Shown: positions 49,704-51,633 of the stretch, one piece after another
How positions within the stretch are numbered: position 1 is the first letter of the stretch
Layout: each line of letters opens with the position of its first letter
NCBI RefSeq assembly: GCF_001194135.2
Contig: NC_068983.1
Coordinates: forward strand, 133,490,347 to 133,541,979
Length of the DNA: 51,633 nt
Direction of reading: 5' to 3'
DNA from: Octopus bimaculoides
Taxonomy: Eukaryota
Made by a program: the position numbers and the translations under genes
Notes under the pieces: generated by a model
Told to the model about the DNA's origin: nothing
The model's input: the letters and a program-made list of their open reading frames with translations, nothing else
Databases searched by the model: none

Positions 49704-51633
49704 GACGACTGCTCCATCTTGACAGACGATAGCCATCCCATCAACAATCCACACATATCATCACGCAGTACAATCACTCCGTTGGTGAGCCCTCAAGTGA
49801 CTTTGAAGTCCGGCTGCTGAGCGACAAGGTCTACAGCACAGATGACAAATGTTCNNNNNNNNNNNNNNNNNNNNNNNNNNNNNNNNNNNNNNNNNNNNNN
49901 NNNNNNNNNNNNNNNNNNNNNNNNNNNNNNNNNNNNNNNNNNNNNNNNNNNNNNNNNNNNNNNNNNNNNNNNNNNNNNNNNNNNNNNNNNNNNNNNNNNN
50001 NNNNNNNNNNNNNNNNNNNNNNNNNNNNNNNNNNNNNNNNNNNNNNNNNNNNNNNNNNNNNNNNNNNNNNNNNNNNNNNNNNNNNNNNNNNNNNNNNNNN
50101 NNNNNNNNNNNNNNNNNNNNNNNNNNNNNNNNNNNNNNNNNNNNNNNNNNNNNNNNNNNNNNNNNNNNNNNNNNNNNNNNNNNNNNNNNNNNNNNNNNNN
50201 NNNNNNNNNNNNNNNNNNNNNNNNNNNNNNNNNNNNNNNNNNNNNNNNNNNNNNNNNNNNNNNNNNNNNNNNNNNNNNNNNNNNNNNNNNNNNNNNNNNN
50301 NNNNNNNNNNNNNNNNNNNNNNNNNNNNNNNNNNNNNNNNNNNNNNNNNNNNNNNNNNNNNNNNNNNNNNNNNNNNNNNNNNNNNNNNNNNNNNNNNNNN
50401 NNNNNNNNNNNNNNNNNNNNNNNNNNNNNNNNNNNNNNNNNNNNNNNNNNNNNNNNNNNNNNNNNNNNNNNNNNNNNNNNNNNNNNNNNNNNNNNNNNNN
50501 NNNNNNNNNNNNNNNNNNNNNNNNNNNNNNNNNNNNNNNNNNNNNNNNNNNNNNNNNNNNNNNNNNNNNNNNNNNNNNNNNNNNNNNNNNNNNNNNNNNN
50601 NNNNNNNNNNNNNNNNNNNNNNNNNNNNNNNNNNNNNNNNNNNNNNNNNNNNNNNNNNNNNNNNNNNNNNNNNNNNNNNNNNNNNNNNNNNNNNNNNNNN
50701 NTACCAGATGTCCGGAATCTGATTCCGATTCCCCTGTTACAATCCTCAAATGCACACCAAAGCAATGTGGCAAAATATATAGAGAAAAGTGTAGGGGCAG
50801 GAATATCTCCCTGTTTTACACCGTTGTCCACTGAAAATTCATCAGATAGATTACCATTAAAAACTACCTGAGCTTTCATGTTGCTGTGCAATTTCTCGAA
50901 GAGGCTCACAAAATGTGTCGGGCAACCAAGTTTGCACAAAACAATCCACAGTGCGTCCCTGTTTACCGTGTCAAATGCCTTAGTTAGATCTATAAAAACC
51001 TGGTATAGTGGCATTTGTTCCTCTAAACATTTCTCCTGAACTTGCCTTGCAGAAAATATCATACCCATTGTTCCCCGCTCGGGTCTGAAACCACACTGCT
51101 CCTCAGGAATCACATGTGGACACACATTCTCCACGAGACGTTCTAACATGATCCTCGAAAGTATCTTCCCAGTATGTGCCAGGAGAGTTATTCCTCTGGA
51201 ATTACCACACACTGATTTGGGTCCCTTACCTTTGTATATAGGGATTAGAATGCCGTTTATCCATTCCTGTAGCACAGAGGACTCAGTCCAAATTTGACAC
51301 AACAGGCTATGAATTTCGGAGGAGATGTGATCTCCACCTGCTTTCAGAATTTCAGCTGGAATACCATCCAGCCTAGGAGCTTTGTTGCCAGTTTTACTTC
51401 TTCAATGGAAGGCACATCGTCCATGTGTTGCATTATCACTCTTTGGGGAAATATTATTTATGACATCCATGTTCACTACAGATGGATTATGGAAAAGTTC
51501 CGCAAAATGCTCCCTCCATCTGCTCATTATTCCAGGAGGATCCTTAATAACCTCATTTCCGTCTTTTGATTTCAAGGGAACATACGTTGAGGATTGCGGT
51601 CCAAAAGCTTGTCGCACTAAGCCGTACAAGTTT
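49704..51633 (-). mobile_element. RTE-clade (BovB-like) LINE, 3' half, running off the window end
   Basis: RGITLL..GKIL.RI, EEQCGFRP.RGT..MIF, FIDLTKAFDTV.R, GVKQG...APTLF and C-terminal C..C..C.S.AGL.SHLR.H; short 3' UTR ending in (ATGT)n. The YADD region falls in the N gap. Confidence 0.95.

Overview
Eukaryotic, AT-rich, repeat-saturated DNA with about 15 N-gaps (e.g. 658-983, 27577-28090, 37783-38472, 49855-50701). I found no host protein-coding gene, intact tRNA/rRNA gene or CRISPR array, so the window is intergenic or lies inside a very large intron. The SINE families and microsatellite load look like an octopus genome (from recall, not verified by search). Nearly all non-microsatellite sequence is decayed transposable element: R4/Dong-like, RTE and Tx1/L1 LINEs, several Penelope-like elements (PLEs), mariner and other Tc1/mariner-superfamily transposons, a Helitron helicase tail, and four tRNA-derived SINE families (my labels A, B, C, H). 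Most ORF-track entries are artefacts of microsatellites or N runs. The main signal is structural RNA. At least a dozen minimal type-I hammerhead ribozyme (HHR) motifs or remnants occur, with a CUGANGA...GAAA core and short palindromic stem III, from several unrelated families and often in fold-back arrangements. The best case is SINE family H (3 copies): a tRNA/Pol III head, an (AAT)n spacer, a minimal HHR, a 5' fold-back hairpin and, in one copy, a 12-bp target-site duplication. It is a candidate PLE-mobilised, ribozyme-carrying SINE. All folds were paired by eye; none is tested computationally or experimentally.
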